Source: Candidatus Bathyarchaeota archaeon
GTDB taxonomy: Archaea > Thermoproteota > Bathyarchaeia > Bathyarchaeales > Bathycorpusculaceae
Assembly (NCBI GenBank): GCA_963739305.1
Contig: CAVTZU010000010.1
Span: forward strand, 1-64,000
Reading direction: 5' to 3'
DNA length: 64,000 bases
Of this stretch, positions 28,264-38,552 are shown in pieces. Within the stretch, counting starts at the first letter, position 1, and the number at the start of each line of letters is the position of its first letter. The notes below the pieces were generated by a model. That model had not been told where the DNA came from. It saw nothing but the letters and a program-made list of their open reading frames with translations, and did not search any database. The position numbers and the translations under genes were made by a program.

Positions 28264-29028
28264 GTGTCGGTGCCACTGAAAGAAATCCGAGATTACTATG
28301 AAGAAGAAGCGTTGGTTCTTGCCAATCATCAGAAGATGATGTACTTTGCAGATCCATGGAACGATTATTGGCATTTGACACGTTTGCGTGAAATAATGAA
28401 GATAGTCAGCAAAACCTCTTTTGAGAGTTTTCTTGACGTCGGATGTGCTGAGGGTTTTTACCTTAAACTATTGTCAAAGAATTCCAGAACAAGATCGTCG
28501 GGATCAGGATTGGATCTTGCCAAGAACTATTTGTTGAAAGCTAAAGTTGCGTCCTCCAGGACCTTGTTGGTCCAAGGTGACGCGAGCCAGTTACCTTTCA
28601 AGAAGGATGCCTTTGATCTTGTGTTATGTTCTGAGGTTCTCGAGCACGTTCCGAATCCAAAGGATGTTTTCAAAGAACTGGTGCGTGTCAGCCGCAGATA
28701 CATAGTGGTGACTTTAGCAGGTGAAAACCTGTTTCATTTTGTCATGAGAAAGTTTGGACTAGTCAGGACTCCAAACCCATATAGCGAAGCGGGTCACGGA
28801 CATATCAATGAAGATAGATTATCTCAAACGGTTATCCCTTGGTCCTTGGAGATTGGATGCAAATGCTTGAATACTCTGACGACAAGTTACTTTCCAGCTC
28901 ATTTCCTCAGAAGCCATCGAGTGCCTAGTTCTTTCGTTTCTCTGATTAGACTTGGAGACAAAATCATTAGTAAAATTCCCGTTTTATCGGAGTTCGGAGC
29001 AACCCAAATAGCATTTCTGGTAAAATAA
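28264..29028 (+). CDS. Class I SAM-dependent methyltransferase
   Basis: FLDVGCAEG, GDASQLPF..DAFDLVLCSEVLEH. Confidence 0.92.
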   Translation: MSVPLKEIRDYYEEEALVLANHQKMMYFADPWNDYWHLTRLREIMKIVSKTSFESFLDVGCAEGFYLKLLSKNSRTRSSGSGLDLAKNYLLKAKVASSRTLLVQGDASQLPFKKDAFDLVLCSEVLEHVPNPKDVFKELVRVSRRYIVVTLAGENLFHFVMRKFGLVRTPNPYSEAGHGHINEDRLSQTVIPWSLEIGCKCLNTLTTSYFPAHFLRSHRVPSSFVSLIRLGDKIISKIPVLSEFGATQIAFLVK

Positions 29029-29245
29029 AAGCCATAACCCGAATTGACACCCGATTAAACTTCATCAAAATCCATCAGCTCCAAGTAAATGAGCAAAGCG
29101 GCTCTCTTGTTTTTACGATTGGAAAGAGGATTGTAAAAAGAGGATCTCCTCAGTCAGATCGTCTCGCGCGGGCTGAAATGTCTTCATGAGCGTAATCTTA
29201 TAAACGCCCCGAACATATGCCTATTTCAATCGCCTAGAGGAAAAG

Positions 29246-32200
29246 ATGCACTTGAACGAATTTCGTCCCTTGCATGACGCGATAAGCAGCAAGCGTGTAC
29301 ATACTGCTGTTAACCTTACCATCATTTTTCTTGTTGCAACCGTAATCTTCCGTAACTGGATATTTTCGCCAGAATGGCCGGCAGGAGGCGATATCATGGG
29401 ATTCATATCGAGAGAATATCTGTACGGCAGAAGCTTAAGGTGGCTGTTTGTTTGGCGTCCCAACTCTTTCGGTTATGCAGAAGGAATAAATCTCATGGAC
29501 TTCTTCTACATGATTCTACGTTTTGTCGCAGGAAACGCAGTCACCACGGCGAAGGCTTTTGCCTTTTCAACTTTCATTCTGGCCGGATTCTCAATGTATG
29601 CCTTTGGCTACAACTACAGCAAAAAAAACCTAGCTGCATTGGCTGGTTCACTTATCTACATACTGAATCCCGTTTATCTCAGCCAGTTGACTGAAGCGCA
29701 TCTTGACATAATGTTCAGTTACGCACTGATACCATTGATTTTTCTGTTCTTGGACAAAGCATTGGAAACAGGAAAAACTAAACTGGCGATCGTCGCAGGG
29801 GTTCTTATTTCAATAATGGTCTGGGGTTTTCTACCACAGACAGCCGTGATTTACGGCAGTTTTCTGCTGTTATTCGTCATTATCAAGGTCCTACCGCTGC
29901 ATGGTTTTGAGTTATCATTCAAAAACAGCAAAAGGTACACAAAGCAGATACTAATCATTGGACTTGTCGTTATACCTTTATCAGCTTCCATGTGGGTCCC
30001 TTTTGTGTTCAGCGTCAGAGCCCCGTACCTGTCGCCTATTTTCACCCGGGGGACGCTGGAAGACACATACACATATGGATACAAAACGTTTGCAGATGCG
30101 TTTACCTTGCAGGCCAAAGAGACTGGCGGGTACAGCACCCTCATTGACATCACAAAAGACGTCGGTTTTCCACTCCTTCCGGTTTCAACCATTCTCCTGC
30201 TTGTTTTCGCAGCGGCCTACTTGGTCGCACTGATCTTCGAATTTAATCGCTACACTCTGTTCTTCGGCCTATCTGCTCTGATCTCGATTCTTATATCTAT
30301 GGGACCATATTCTCCCTTCAACTACTCGTTTTTCTGGGCATGGTTCAATGTTCCATACTTCACATCCTTCCGAGCGATCTCAAGGTGGGCATTGATGACG
30401 ACATTTGCGACGTCTTTCTTCGTCAGCTCCTCGGTGAGCATCGTGACTGGGTATGTAGCACGAGTCGTCAGCAGAGCTACGAAGGAGCCTAGCGATAACG
30501 AACCTAAGATGCCTCAGGAAAGAGATCAGATTTCATCAATCAAACTAGCCAAGATTGCAGGGTCGGCTAGAAAGCTATTCTATTACTTAGCCATCCTCTT
30601 CCTAATCGGAATTTTCCTCAGCGGTTTCCTATCAACGTCGTACCTTTTCAGCAGTGGACTTCAGACGTACACTCCTCCGAGCCAGTATCTTGAACCGTAC
30701 CAGTATTTGCAAGGAATCCCAGGAGACTACAAAATAGTCACCGTGGGCAGAAGCCCAGGAGACTGGGATTCAGCCTCAACCGTGAACATGGATTTTGCAG
30801 GGACTGCAATGCTGACTCCTGTTGGCTGGACCCACGATATAGGATATGAAAGCGCATTCATCACAGACAAACCTGCCTTGCAGGACGGAGGCTTGTCAGG
30901 ACCGTCGACGGATTTCGTCAGTTACCTCCGTTATTATCTGGCTAGATATAATTTGACTCGCGACATGCTAAAAGTACTCGGAGGCTACAATTACAAATAC
31001 GTAGTCATTCCATCATACGCCATTGACGATGTGCGAAATTTCATCTTATCACAACATGGAGGTGAGACGGTATACAGCAGCAACGGCTCGGTTATTCTGG
31101 AAAATTCGTTCTATACCCCCAGATTGTTCGCGCCAACACAAGTAGATCTGGTCTTTGGTGGTCCCGAAACACTGTTTTCTTTGTGCGGAATAGATTCTTT
31201 CAGACTGAATGAAACGAGTTTGATTTCAGCGTATCAGGGATCTAATGGTTCAGACGCTTTGGAGAATTACCTGAAAGATTGCAGACTCGTTGTCCTTTCC
31301 GATGCTGATCTGCCAGATCTTCTATTCCGGCCTTCTTCTGGCGTTTCAATGATCTACGCAGGTGACTACGGTGTCGCAAGTTATAACACAAGTGAGTACT
31401 GGGTGAAAAACACTGGGTGGACCTATTCCGGGCAGGCTGTGCTAGGTGGGAGAGTTCTTACAACTGACGGACCTAACGTACAGAATATACCTTTTGAAGT
31501 AGGTTCTGACGGTAACTATGAGGTATATCTCAGGGTGGCTTTCGCGCCAGGCAGAGGAAAGATGCTAATATCGATCGATAGCCTTCCGATTGCTGAAATT
31601 ACACCGAATGCTGATTTCTGGGTGGGCCTCCAATGGATGAACTTGACCTCGGATTTGCATCTGCAAGCAGGTCATCACATTGTTACCTTGTCTAATGACG
31701 GTTCAGGGTCCAACGACGTTGACGCCATTGCCATTGTTGAGAAATCCAAGCTCGACAGTCTGCAAGAAGACTTACTTGGCCTTTTCCAACCCTATGATGG
31801 TAGCATCGTCTACATGATCGAAGCGGAAAAAGCATTCTCTCAGACGTTACCTCCTAAATGGTCTGTAGGGCCATATCCTGGGGAGGGATACATAGTCCAT
31901 ATGAATGGGGGCATGAACATCGCTCCCCTGGGTCAGGCCTCAGCAACCTCGTTTGAAGGTACTCTGGAACCGAAATACGCGATTGATGATGTGCCAAACT
32001 CTAGATGGGCGTCTTTACTGGGAATGCCTCAATGGCTACAAGTTACATGGCCCACCACAGAAGAGTTGAGAGGTGTAACGATTAATTTTGAAAACGCCTA
32101 TGCGCGAGGCTATCAGGTACAAACATGGAACGGAAGTAGTTGGATAGATCAGGCGATAATTGAAAACAACACGATGCTGCAGCGCACACATAACTTTGCA

Positions 32201-32959
32201 CAGCCAGTCATGACTGACAAACTTCGCATTTTAGTAACGGCTGCACCTGCGTACAACATGGTCAGCATCTACGAGCTGGAGGCATTCTCCACGAGCAACT
32301 TGACCTCCTCAAAGATCTTCGTGCCAAAAGAAGGAGTCTACAACTTCACAGCCAGGCTAGCATCAGACACAGACACGAATGGAACTTTCTATCTGAAAGT
32401 AGACAGCAAACTCTTTTCGATTACTATCCCACCATCAAACACAAGCGAATTCTATTGGAACGATGTGTGCTCCACATTTCTCAACGTCGGAGAACACACG
32501 ATAGGAATCGGAACTACGAGCAAATTAGCACTCGACAAACTGGCAATCTACCTACCTGAAAACGGCACGCACTCACTTGATGAACTCTTCGAACCGAATT
32601 CTCCACCGTCAACGGTTCAGTTCGAAGAAATAAACCCATGCTCGTACACTGCTCACATAAGTAGCACACAACCATTCCTGCTAACATTTTCTGAGTCATA
32701 CCATCCGATGTGGAAAGCCTATGTCGATGGCCAAGAGATATCGCCGATCCAGACGAATTTTGTGGTAAACGGGTACTACATCAACAAGACAGGGAGCTTT
32801 GAAGTCGAGCTGTACTTCGTTGGCCAGACGTACGCGGAAATCGGACTTGCAATCTCCGGGTCAACTGCCATTTTTGTTGCAGTTATGGCATTTGTGAAGT
32901 ATGGCCCATATGAAAAACTCAGACAGAAAATTCGAAGAACAATCGCCAAACTTCACTGA
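29246..32959 (+). CDS. Large multi-pass membrane protein (GT-C/YfhO-like) with extracellular carbohydrate-binding and discoidin (F5/8C)-like modules
   Basis: About 11 N-terminal TMs (GGD, FRAISRW), AID...SRWAS...QWLQV discoidin motif, FSESYHPMWKAY, C-terminal TM. Confidence 0.8.
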   Translation: MHLNEFRPLHDAISSKRVHTAVNLTIIFLVATVIFRNWIFSPEWPAGGDIMGFISREYLYGRSLRWLFVWRPNSFGYAEGINLMDFFYMILRFVAGNAVTTAKAFAFSTFILAGFSMYAFGYNYSKKNLAALAGSLIYILNPVYLSQLTEAHLDIMFSYALIPLIFLFLDKALETGKTKLAIVAGVLISIMVWGFLPQTAVIYGSFLLLFVIIKVLPLHGFELSFKNSKRYTKQILIIGLVVIPLSASMWVPFVFSVRAPYLSPIFTRGTLEDTYTYGYKTFADAFTLQAKETGGYSTLIDITKDVGFPLLPVSTILLLVFAAAYLVALIFEFNRYTLFFGLSALISILISMGPYSPFNYSFFWAWFNVPYFTSFRAISRWALMTTFATSFFVSSSVSIVTGYVARVVSRATKEPSDNEPKMPQERDQISSIKLAKIAGSARKLFYYLAILFLIGIFLSGFLSTSYLFSSGLQTYTPPSQYLEPYQYLQGIPGDYKIVTVGRSPGDWDSASTVNMDFAGTAMLTPVGWTHDIGYESAFITDKPALQDGGLSGPSTDFVSYLRYYLARYNLTRDMLKVLGGYNYKYVVIPSYAIDDVRNFILSQHGGETVYSSNGSVILENSFYTPRLFAPTQVDLVFGGPETLFSLCGIDSFRLNETSLISAYQGSNGSDALENYLKDCRLVVLSDADLPDLLFRPSSGVSMIYAGDYGVASYNTSEYWVKNTGWTYSGQAVLGGRVLTTDGPNVQNIPFEVGSDGNYEVYLRVAFAPGRGKMLISIDSLPIAEITPNADFWVGLQWMNLTSDLHLQAGHHIVTLSNDGSGSNDVDAIAIVEKSKLDSLQEDLLGLFQPYDGSIVYMIEAEKAFSQTLPPKWSVGPYPGEGYIVHMNGGMNIAPLGQASATSFEGTLEPKYAIDDVPNSRWASLLGMPQWLQVTWPTTEELRGVTINFENAYARGYQVQTWNGSSWIDQAIIENNTMLQRTHNFAQPVMTDKLRILVTAAPAYNMVSIYELEAFSTSNLTSSKIFVPKEGVYNFTARLASDTDTNGTFYLKVDSKLFSITIPPSNTSEFYWNDVCSTFLNVGEHTIGIGTTSKLALDKLAIYLPENGTHSLDELFEPNSPPSTVQFEEINPCSYTAHISSTQPFLLTFSESYHPMWKAYVDGQEISPIQTNFVVNGYYINKTGSFEVELYFVGQTYAEIGLAISGSTAIFVAVMAFVKYGPYEKLRQKIRRTIAKLH

Positions 32960-33072
32960 AGAATTATTATAGGAAGTGCAGAATAAACCCCAGTCGAGAC
33001 GTAACTAATCTTTTAAACCCCCAAGACATAATAAAACACGAAAATCAAAAACCAGAATTCGGAGCAGGGTTA

Positions 33073-33876
33073 ATGCCTAGCATAGAAGAGCTGTCAGATG
33101 CACGAACAGGTGTAATAGTCGAATCCGCGGTCAGAAATGCTGCTCCACCTGTGACTAAGATTCAAACAGAGCTCAAGTCTGCGTTGCAGGCATCGATCAT
33201 TGTTCCAGTCTACAACGAGGAAGACATAATCTCAAAGAATTTGCTTTGTCTTTCAAGATATCTGGGATCCGACTACGAGCTTATCGTCTGCGACGACGCA
33301 AGCACTGACAGCACCTACGACGTTCTAACAAACTTGACCGCTCAGAATCCAAACATACGCTTGTTGGGGCTCGACAAGAGAATAGGCAAAGGCGGAACCA
33401 TAAAGAAAGCTGTCGAAATAGCAAACAGCGATGTCATAGTGTACCTTGATGCAGATCTGTCGGCAAGTCTTGATGATTTACCACGGTTGATGGAGTTGGC
33501 TTCAAAAAGGGACGCGCTTGTCATCAGCAAGAGAACGATGAAAGGAAGGCTAACACAGGGAGTTCTGAGATTGACGCTGAGCATTGGATACAATCTGTTG
33601 GCCAGACTTATTTTCAGAACAGGTATAGGAGATCATCAATGCGGCTTCAAAGCCATGAAAAAGAAAGTTGCGGAACAGCTGATCGCCAACACTTCAAATG
33701 ATGGATTTGTGTTTGATACAGAGCTTATTGTAAGGGCCAAGAAATCAGGCATCCCTGTGGAAGAGGTCCAAATTGAGTGGGCTGAAAGAAGACCAAAAAA
33801 AGCTAACACCAAATGGTTAAGAACATCTATTGAAATGATGAAAGATCTGATAGTTTTGAAAGAAAACCTACCGTAG
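33073..33876 (+). CDS. GT2 polyprenol/dolichol-phosphate glycosyltransferase
   Basis: IIVPVYNEE, DDASTD, GKGG, DADL, DHQCGFKA, FDTEL. Confidence 0.92.
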   Translation: MPSIEELSDARTGVIVESAVRNAAPPVTKIQTELKSALQASIIVPVYNEEDIISKNLLCLSRYLGSDYELIVCDDASTDSTYDVLTNLTAQNPNIRLLGLDKRIGKGGTIKKAVEIANSDVIVYLDADLSASLDDLPRLMELASKRDALVISKRTMKGRLTQGVLRLTLSIGYNLLARLIFRTGIGDHQCGFKAMKKKVAEQLIANTSNDGFVFDTELIVRAKKSGIPVEEVQIEWAERRPKKANTKWLRTSIEMMKDLIVLKENLP

Positions 33877-33903
33877 AGATCCAGAAGGCGAACGGAACCG
33901 CCG

Positions 33904-35085
33904 ATGTCGAAAGTGATAATTCGAAGATTTCGAGAAGGCGACGAACAAGAAACCCTTCGCTTCCTGAAAACTGTTTTCGGAGGATGGCATTCTCTTAGGC
34001 AATGGAATTGGAAATTCAGAGAAGTTGAAAAAGCTGAAGGACACAAGTCAATTATCTGGGTCATGGAAGCTGACGGCAAGATAGTGGGACATCTGGCTGC
34101 TATTCCAATGAAGCTCAGGGTTGGCCTAGAAATCTTTCCCGTGTGCCAATTGGTTGATGGAGCATCAAACCCTGAGTACAGACACAAAGGGTTGTACAAA
34201 GATCTTTTTGACAAGCTTTTGAATGACGCGATTGCAGAGGGCTTTGCTGTGACTTTCGGGTTTCCCAACATATTCTTCTATCGTCTTTGTGAACGACAGG
34301 GAAACTTTCACACAATATGTCAAATAAGAAAAATGTTTAAGGTACTTAGTTTTTACAACGCTGTCAATACTCTGCAGATAGAGCTCGTCTCTAACAATTC
34401 TGAACGAGGTGGCAGCGACTCTCCTTTGAAAGAGATCCTTGTTGCGCAGAGAGGAAAAGCATTCTCAATTTTCTTGGACCTGATTCGGAAAATTCTGAGG
34501 TCGACACTCACGTCCATTCGCGAACATGGAAAACCCATGAACAAAGCCGAGCTGAAAAAGATCGAGCCACAGAACCTCGGTGCAGAACTTAGCGCGGCTT
34601 GGATCGATTTTTCTCCGCATTATAGGTTTGCTTTTGAAAGAGATCCGCAGTTTCTGCGTTGGCGCTATAGCAGCCCAGAAGCCAAATACACGGCCTTCGT
34701 TGCAAAGAAAGGAAAGTCTGTTCGCGGTTACGTCGCCATCGGCATTGAAGAGAAGAGCGTCACTTTAGGCAGACTGAAGTTCAGCGGTCTCAGAGCCGGT
34801 TACATCGTAGATCTGGTTGCTGAAGCGGATTTGATCGTCCCTTTGATTTTCGCTGCAGAAGAGGAACTCAAGAAACAAGGAGCCTGCTTTGCAGAGTGCT
34901 GGGCAACTGATGAGAAGAGTCCATTCTTCAGAACATTGCAAACAAGACGGTACTATCAGCTCCCAGACCAATTGTACAGAGTATATTTCGTCGCAAAAGT
35001 CGATTCACCACGATTAAAGACCAGCATAGCTCCTGAATACAGCAATGAGATTCTGGCGTCTTTAGGAGACAGTGACATTGTCTGA
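33904..35085 (+). CDS. GNAT-family N-acetyltransferase
   Basis: IVGHLA, PEYRHKGL, FGFPN, FLRWRY. Confidence 0.85.
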   Translation: MSKVIIRRFREGDEQETLRFLKTVFGGWHSLRQWNWKFREVEKAEGHKSIIWVMEADGKIVGHLAAIPMKLRVGLEIFPVCQLVDGASNPEYRHKGLYKDLFDKLLNDAIAEGFAVTFGFPNIFFYRLCERQGNFHTICQIRKMFKVLSFYNAVNTLQIELVSNNSERGGSDSPLKEILVAQRGKAFSIFLDLIRKILRSTLTSIREHGKPMNKAELKKIEPQNLGAELSAAWIDFSPHYRFAFERDPQFLRWRYSSPEAKYTAFVAKKGKSVRGYVAIGIEEKSVTLGRLKFSGLRAGYIVDLVAEADLIVPLIFAAEEELKKQGACFAECWATDEKSPFFRTLQTRRYYQLPDQLYRVYFVAKVDSPRLKTSIAPEYSNEILASLGDSDIV

Positions 35086-35926
35086 GCATCAGACGCTAAT
35101 CTTTCTCAGTGTGGACGATTTTTTTCTGAGAAATGAGTGGGCTGGCGATGTTCCTGTTGTTTCTTCAAAGGAAATCAAACCGGAACAGGATTTCCGAATC
35201 TTGGATTTGTTCGAGGATTTTGATGTTAGCGCGACTTTTTTCATACCCGGGATAATAGCTGAACTGTTTCCCGAAAGAGTTCGGGACGTTGCGAATAGAG
35301 GCTTTGAAGTGGCTGCTCACGGATATAGACACGAGAACTTAACGTTCTTGGAAGAAGCTGATCGCAGACAGCTCATAATGAGATCTGTCAAAATGTTGGA
35401 AAAATGTATTAACAAAAATGTTTTGGGTTGGAGGTCTCCAGGGCTTCATATCGACGACGGTCTCTATCGAGTACTGAAAGAGACTCATGTTGAGTGGTGC
35501 AGCAACGTTGAACTGCCGTTGAGTTTGAAGCATGTCCCGTTCATGTTCAAAGGGAAAACTGAATTGCCGATCTCGTCAATTGATCTGAAGTTATACGGAA
35601 GCGGTTTGTCTCCCGCAAGAGTTTGTGATAAGTGGTTGGCGAGTTTGCAGAAAGGACACGGAGTCCTCACGTTAGTGCTTCATCCTTGGGTTGAATTAGA
35701 CGAGCTAGAAAGGTTCAATGGCTTAAGACTTTTCCTGGAGAAAGCCGTTACTATGGAGAAGGTCAAGTTCTGTTCGGGTTCAGAAATCTACGACGGCTTT
35801 GTTTTGCGGGGAAGTTCAGTTTACGGCACTTTTCTTTCGTCGGTTTCAAACCTGTGGAAGCGTTTTTCGAGAAGAGCCCAGCGTCCTATTCTAAGAGCGC
35901 AGAAATTGCTGCATACGCAGTCTTGA
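35072..35926 (+). CDS. Polysaccharide deacetylase (CE4)
   Basis: SVDD, ATFFIPG, EVAAHGYRH, GWRSPG, LHPW. Confidence 0.9.
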   Translation: MTLSEHQTLIFLSVDDFFLRNEWAGDVPVVSSKEIKPEQDFRILDLFEDFDVSATFFIPGIIAELFPERVRDVANRGFEVAAHGYRHENLTFLEEADRRQLIMRSVKMLEKCINKNVLGWRSPGLHIDDGLYRVLKETHVEWCSNVELPLSLKHVPFMFKGKTELPISSIDLKLYGSGLSPARVCDKWLASLQKGHGVLTLVLHPWVELDELERFNGLRLFLEKAVTMEKVKFCSGSEIYDGFVLRGSSVYGTFLSSVSNLWKRFSRRAQRPILRAQKLLHTQS

Positions 35927-35984
35927 CAAGAAACGCGTCGGCTTTTGCTCTAAAGCTTTAAAAACGTATGTTTGAATAAGGGAA

Positions 35985-37202
35985 GTGAAAGGTGTAGATC
36001 GGGTGCCTATTGGCATATTGTACAGTCATTTCACTGAACGCGGTGGTGCAGAGAACGTTATTTTGAAACAGGTGGACATGCTTCACCATGAGGGATACGA
36101 TGTCAAATGCTACTTCGCATTCGTGGACAAGACATTGGTGAAGCCTGCTTCAAACCCGCACTGCTATGTTGACGAGTATTTCGGCAGCGGCCTCATTCGC
36201 TCCAAGACGTTGAGAATATTGCTGTCACTTCCTTTAGCACCAGTCACGATGAAGAAGCTGGCGGAAGCTGACGCCTTGATATGTCACGGTTATGGACCAG
36301 GACCGTGGATTGGTTATGTGCAGAAGAAGCTCAGAGGCGTCAAATACATCAGCTATATTCATTTCCTTCCGAGAATGTTCTATTTGAGTCCGGAAGAGAA
36401 GCGACTGTGGCGTTTTGATAGCACAAGAAACACCGTCTACCTTCTTGGCAAAGCCACAGAGCCTCTAGTGAAAAAGATAGACCAGTTAGGCGTCAAAAAC
36501 TCAGATGCGGTGTTGGCGAATAGCAGTTATACTCGACGCCGGGTAAAAGAGGTCTATGATGTTGATGCGAAGGTTTGCTATCCCCCAGTGGACACGGATA
36601 CATTTAGGAAGCTCGCCGAGAAAGAGATTCAGCCATTGCGTCAGAACCTAGGCTGGCCAATCATCTTTTCTTCGGGGAGAATCGTTGCGGTCAAACATTG
36701 GGACTGGCTGATTAGAGCCCTTGTGCACGTCAAGAAGGCTTTTCCGTCAGTCACTCTCGCGATTTCAGGTGAAGTGTCGAGAGGAAGCGAGGATTACGTA
36801 AATGAGCTCTTTGCGCTGGCCTCTGATCTTGGCGTGAAAGACAACGTGAAATTTTTGGGTTTCAAACCTACCGACGAACTTGTGAAACTGTACAACGTTG
36901 CGGATGTCTACGCTTATCCGACACCTATGGAAGATTTTGGATTGGGCCCCGTTGAAGCGATGGCCTGTGGAACTCCGGTTGTCGTGTGGGATGATGGAGG
37001 AGGACCTTGTGAAACGACGATTACGGGATTCTCAGGTTTTAGGGCTCGACCCTACGATTTTGTGGATTTTGCAGAGAAAGCCATGAAGGCGTTTGATGTT
37101 GACAAGAATGCGGTTGGTGACCGTTTGCACGGTTATGTCAAAGACAGGTTTTCAGATGAAAATCACTTGAAAACTCTGATTGGCACGCTGAAAGAGTTGT
37201 AG
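35985..37202 (+). CDS. Glycosyltransferase family 4
   Basis: GGAENV, ANS, YPPVD, EDFGLGPVEAMACGTPVV. Confidence 0.93.
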   Translation: MKGVDRVPIGILYSHFTERGGAENVILKQVDMLHHEGYDVKCYFAFVDKTLVKPASNPHCYVDEYFGSGLIRSKTLRILLSLPLAPVTMKKLAEADALICHGYGPGPWIGYVQKKLRGVKYISYIHFLPRMFYLSPEEKRLWRFDSTRNTVYLLGKATEPLVKKIDQLGVKNSDAVLANSSYTRRRVKEVYDVDAKVCYPPVDTDTFRKLAEKEIQPLRQNLGWPIIFSSGRIVAVKHWDWLIRALVHVKKAFPSVTLAISGEVSRGSEDYVNELFALASDLGVKDNVKFLGFKPTDELVKLYNVADVYAYPTPMEDFGLGPVEAMACGTPVVVWDDGGGPCETTITGFSGFRARPYDFVDFAEKAMKAFDVDKNAVGDRLHGYVKDRFSDENHLKTLIGTLKEL

Positions 37203-37237
37203 TCGAATCTGCGCCGATTTTGCGAGAAGGATAGAGT

Positions 37238-38449
37238 TTGAGGATTTTTGCGGTCTTCTTCCATCCCCGCGCAGACTTCACTGCAGTTGGCGGAGCAGAA
37301 AAAAGGTTCCTTCGAGTTTTGAAAGTCTGGGATAGAAAGGGGGTAGCTGTCACTGTCGTTGAATCGAGCCCTACACTTGTTTCAGCCTGCTGCCCTTCTT
37401 TTGAAACGAGGGAGATAGCCAGTCCGGTATCTGCATATGGAAAAGGGTTGTACTCTATTTACCTTGAATGGGTTTTGTGGGTTGTGAAGGCATGCATTCG
37501 GTCCCCGAGCATTTTGAGGGAAAAAAAGCAGGACATCATTCTTTCTCCGAACAACACTCTTCCAAACCTAATTGTAGCCTATTTTGTTCACGTTTTGTCG
37601 AGACTGCCGCTGGTTGTGACAGTTCATCATTTCGATTTTCCCAATGCTGGTGAGAAAGCGAATCTCGCTTCAGCGTATCGCATTTACCGACATGCCGGAT
37701 TTGGAAACATTATTGCTCTAGTCAAAGCGCTGACGTTTTCGATTATGCTGGCACTTGTCAAAAGAGCAGACATGCTAATCACAGTTTCCAATTACACAGC
37801 TAGATTTCTCCTGAAAAACGACATCCCCAAAGATAAGATAAGCGTAAGTGGAAACGGCATCGATACTGATCTGATTGAGCAATCCAAGGCGGAAAAGAAA
37901 GTCTATGAAGGCATTTTCGTCGGCAGGATTTCCAGAGACAAGGGAGTCTTTGATCTCGTTCAGATATGGAAACTGGTAGTTGCTGATGAGCCTGACTTCA
38001 AGCTTCTGGTGGTCGGGAAGGGACCTGACATGGCGAAGTTGGAAGAATTGATCCAAGATAGCGGTCTGTCTTCCAACATAATCTTGAAAGGAAGCTGTAC
38101 CGACATGAATCTTTTTGCCCTTATGAAAGCTAGCAAGGTGTTCTTGTTTCCAAGCAGATTTGAGGGCTGGGGACTCGCGGTCGGTGAAGCACTTGCATGT
38201 GGATTGCCTGTTGTGTGCTATGATGTCCCAGCACTCCGCGAAATCTTTGGAAATTGCAAAAGCGTGTGCTTTGTCGCCTCAAATGATACTGCTGGCTTTG
38301 CAAGGTTTTGCGAGGACATCCTTCTCCGAGACGACCTCGAAAAACTTGGGGCAGTTTCTGAAGAATATGTCAGACGATTTGACTGGAGCAACGTGGCTGT
38401 GATTGATCTGCAGCTTATAGAGAAGTTGGTCCACCAACGCCAATCGTAA
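37238..38449 (+). CDS. Glycosyltransferase family 4
   Basis: GGAEKR, GRI..DKG, EGWGLAVGEALACGLPVV. Confidence 0.93.
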   Translation: MRIFAVFFHPRADFTAVGGAEKRFLRVLKVWDRKGVAVTVVESSPTLVSACCPSFETREIASPVSAYGKGLYSIYLEWVLWVVKACIRSPSILREKKQDIILSPNNTLPNLIVAYFVHVLSRLPLVVTVHHFDFPNAGEKANLASAYRIYRHAGFGNIIALVKALTFSIMLALVKRADMLITVSNYTARFLLKNDIPKDKISVSGNGIDTDLIEQSKAEKKVYEGIFVGRISRDKGVFDLVQIWKLVVADEPDFKLLVVGKGPDMAKLEELIQDSGLSSNIILKGSCTDMNLFALMKASKVFLFPSRFEGWGLAVGEALACGLPVVCYDVPALREIFGNCKSVCFVASNDTAGFARFCEDILLRDDLEKLGAVSEEYVRRFDWSNVAVIDLQLIEKLVHQRQS

Positions 38450-38519
38450 CTCGGAAATACTTCGATATTTGGCCGACACACAACGACTTTGATAACTAAA
38501 TCGCAAGAACTTTGATTTG

Positions 38520-38550
38520 AAAAATGGGAAAAAGAAAGAAGGGGGTTGTT
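38520..38550 (-). terminator. Pyrimidine/U-rich archaeal terminator after the S-layer-like gene
   Basis: Minus strand CCCCCTTCTTTCTTTTTCCCATTTTT directly after the reconstructed stop at 38553. Confidence 0.6.
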
Positions 38551-38552
38551 GT

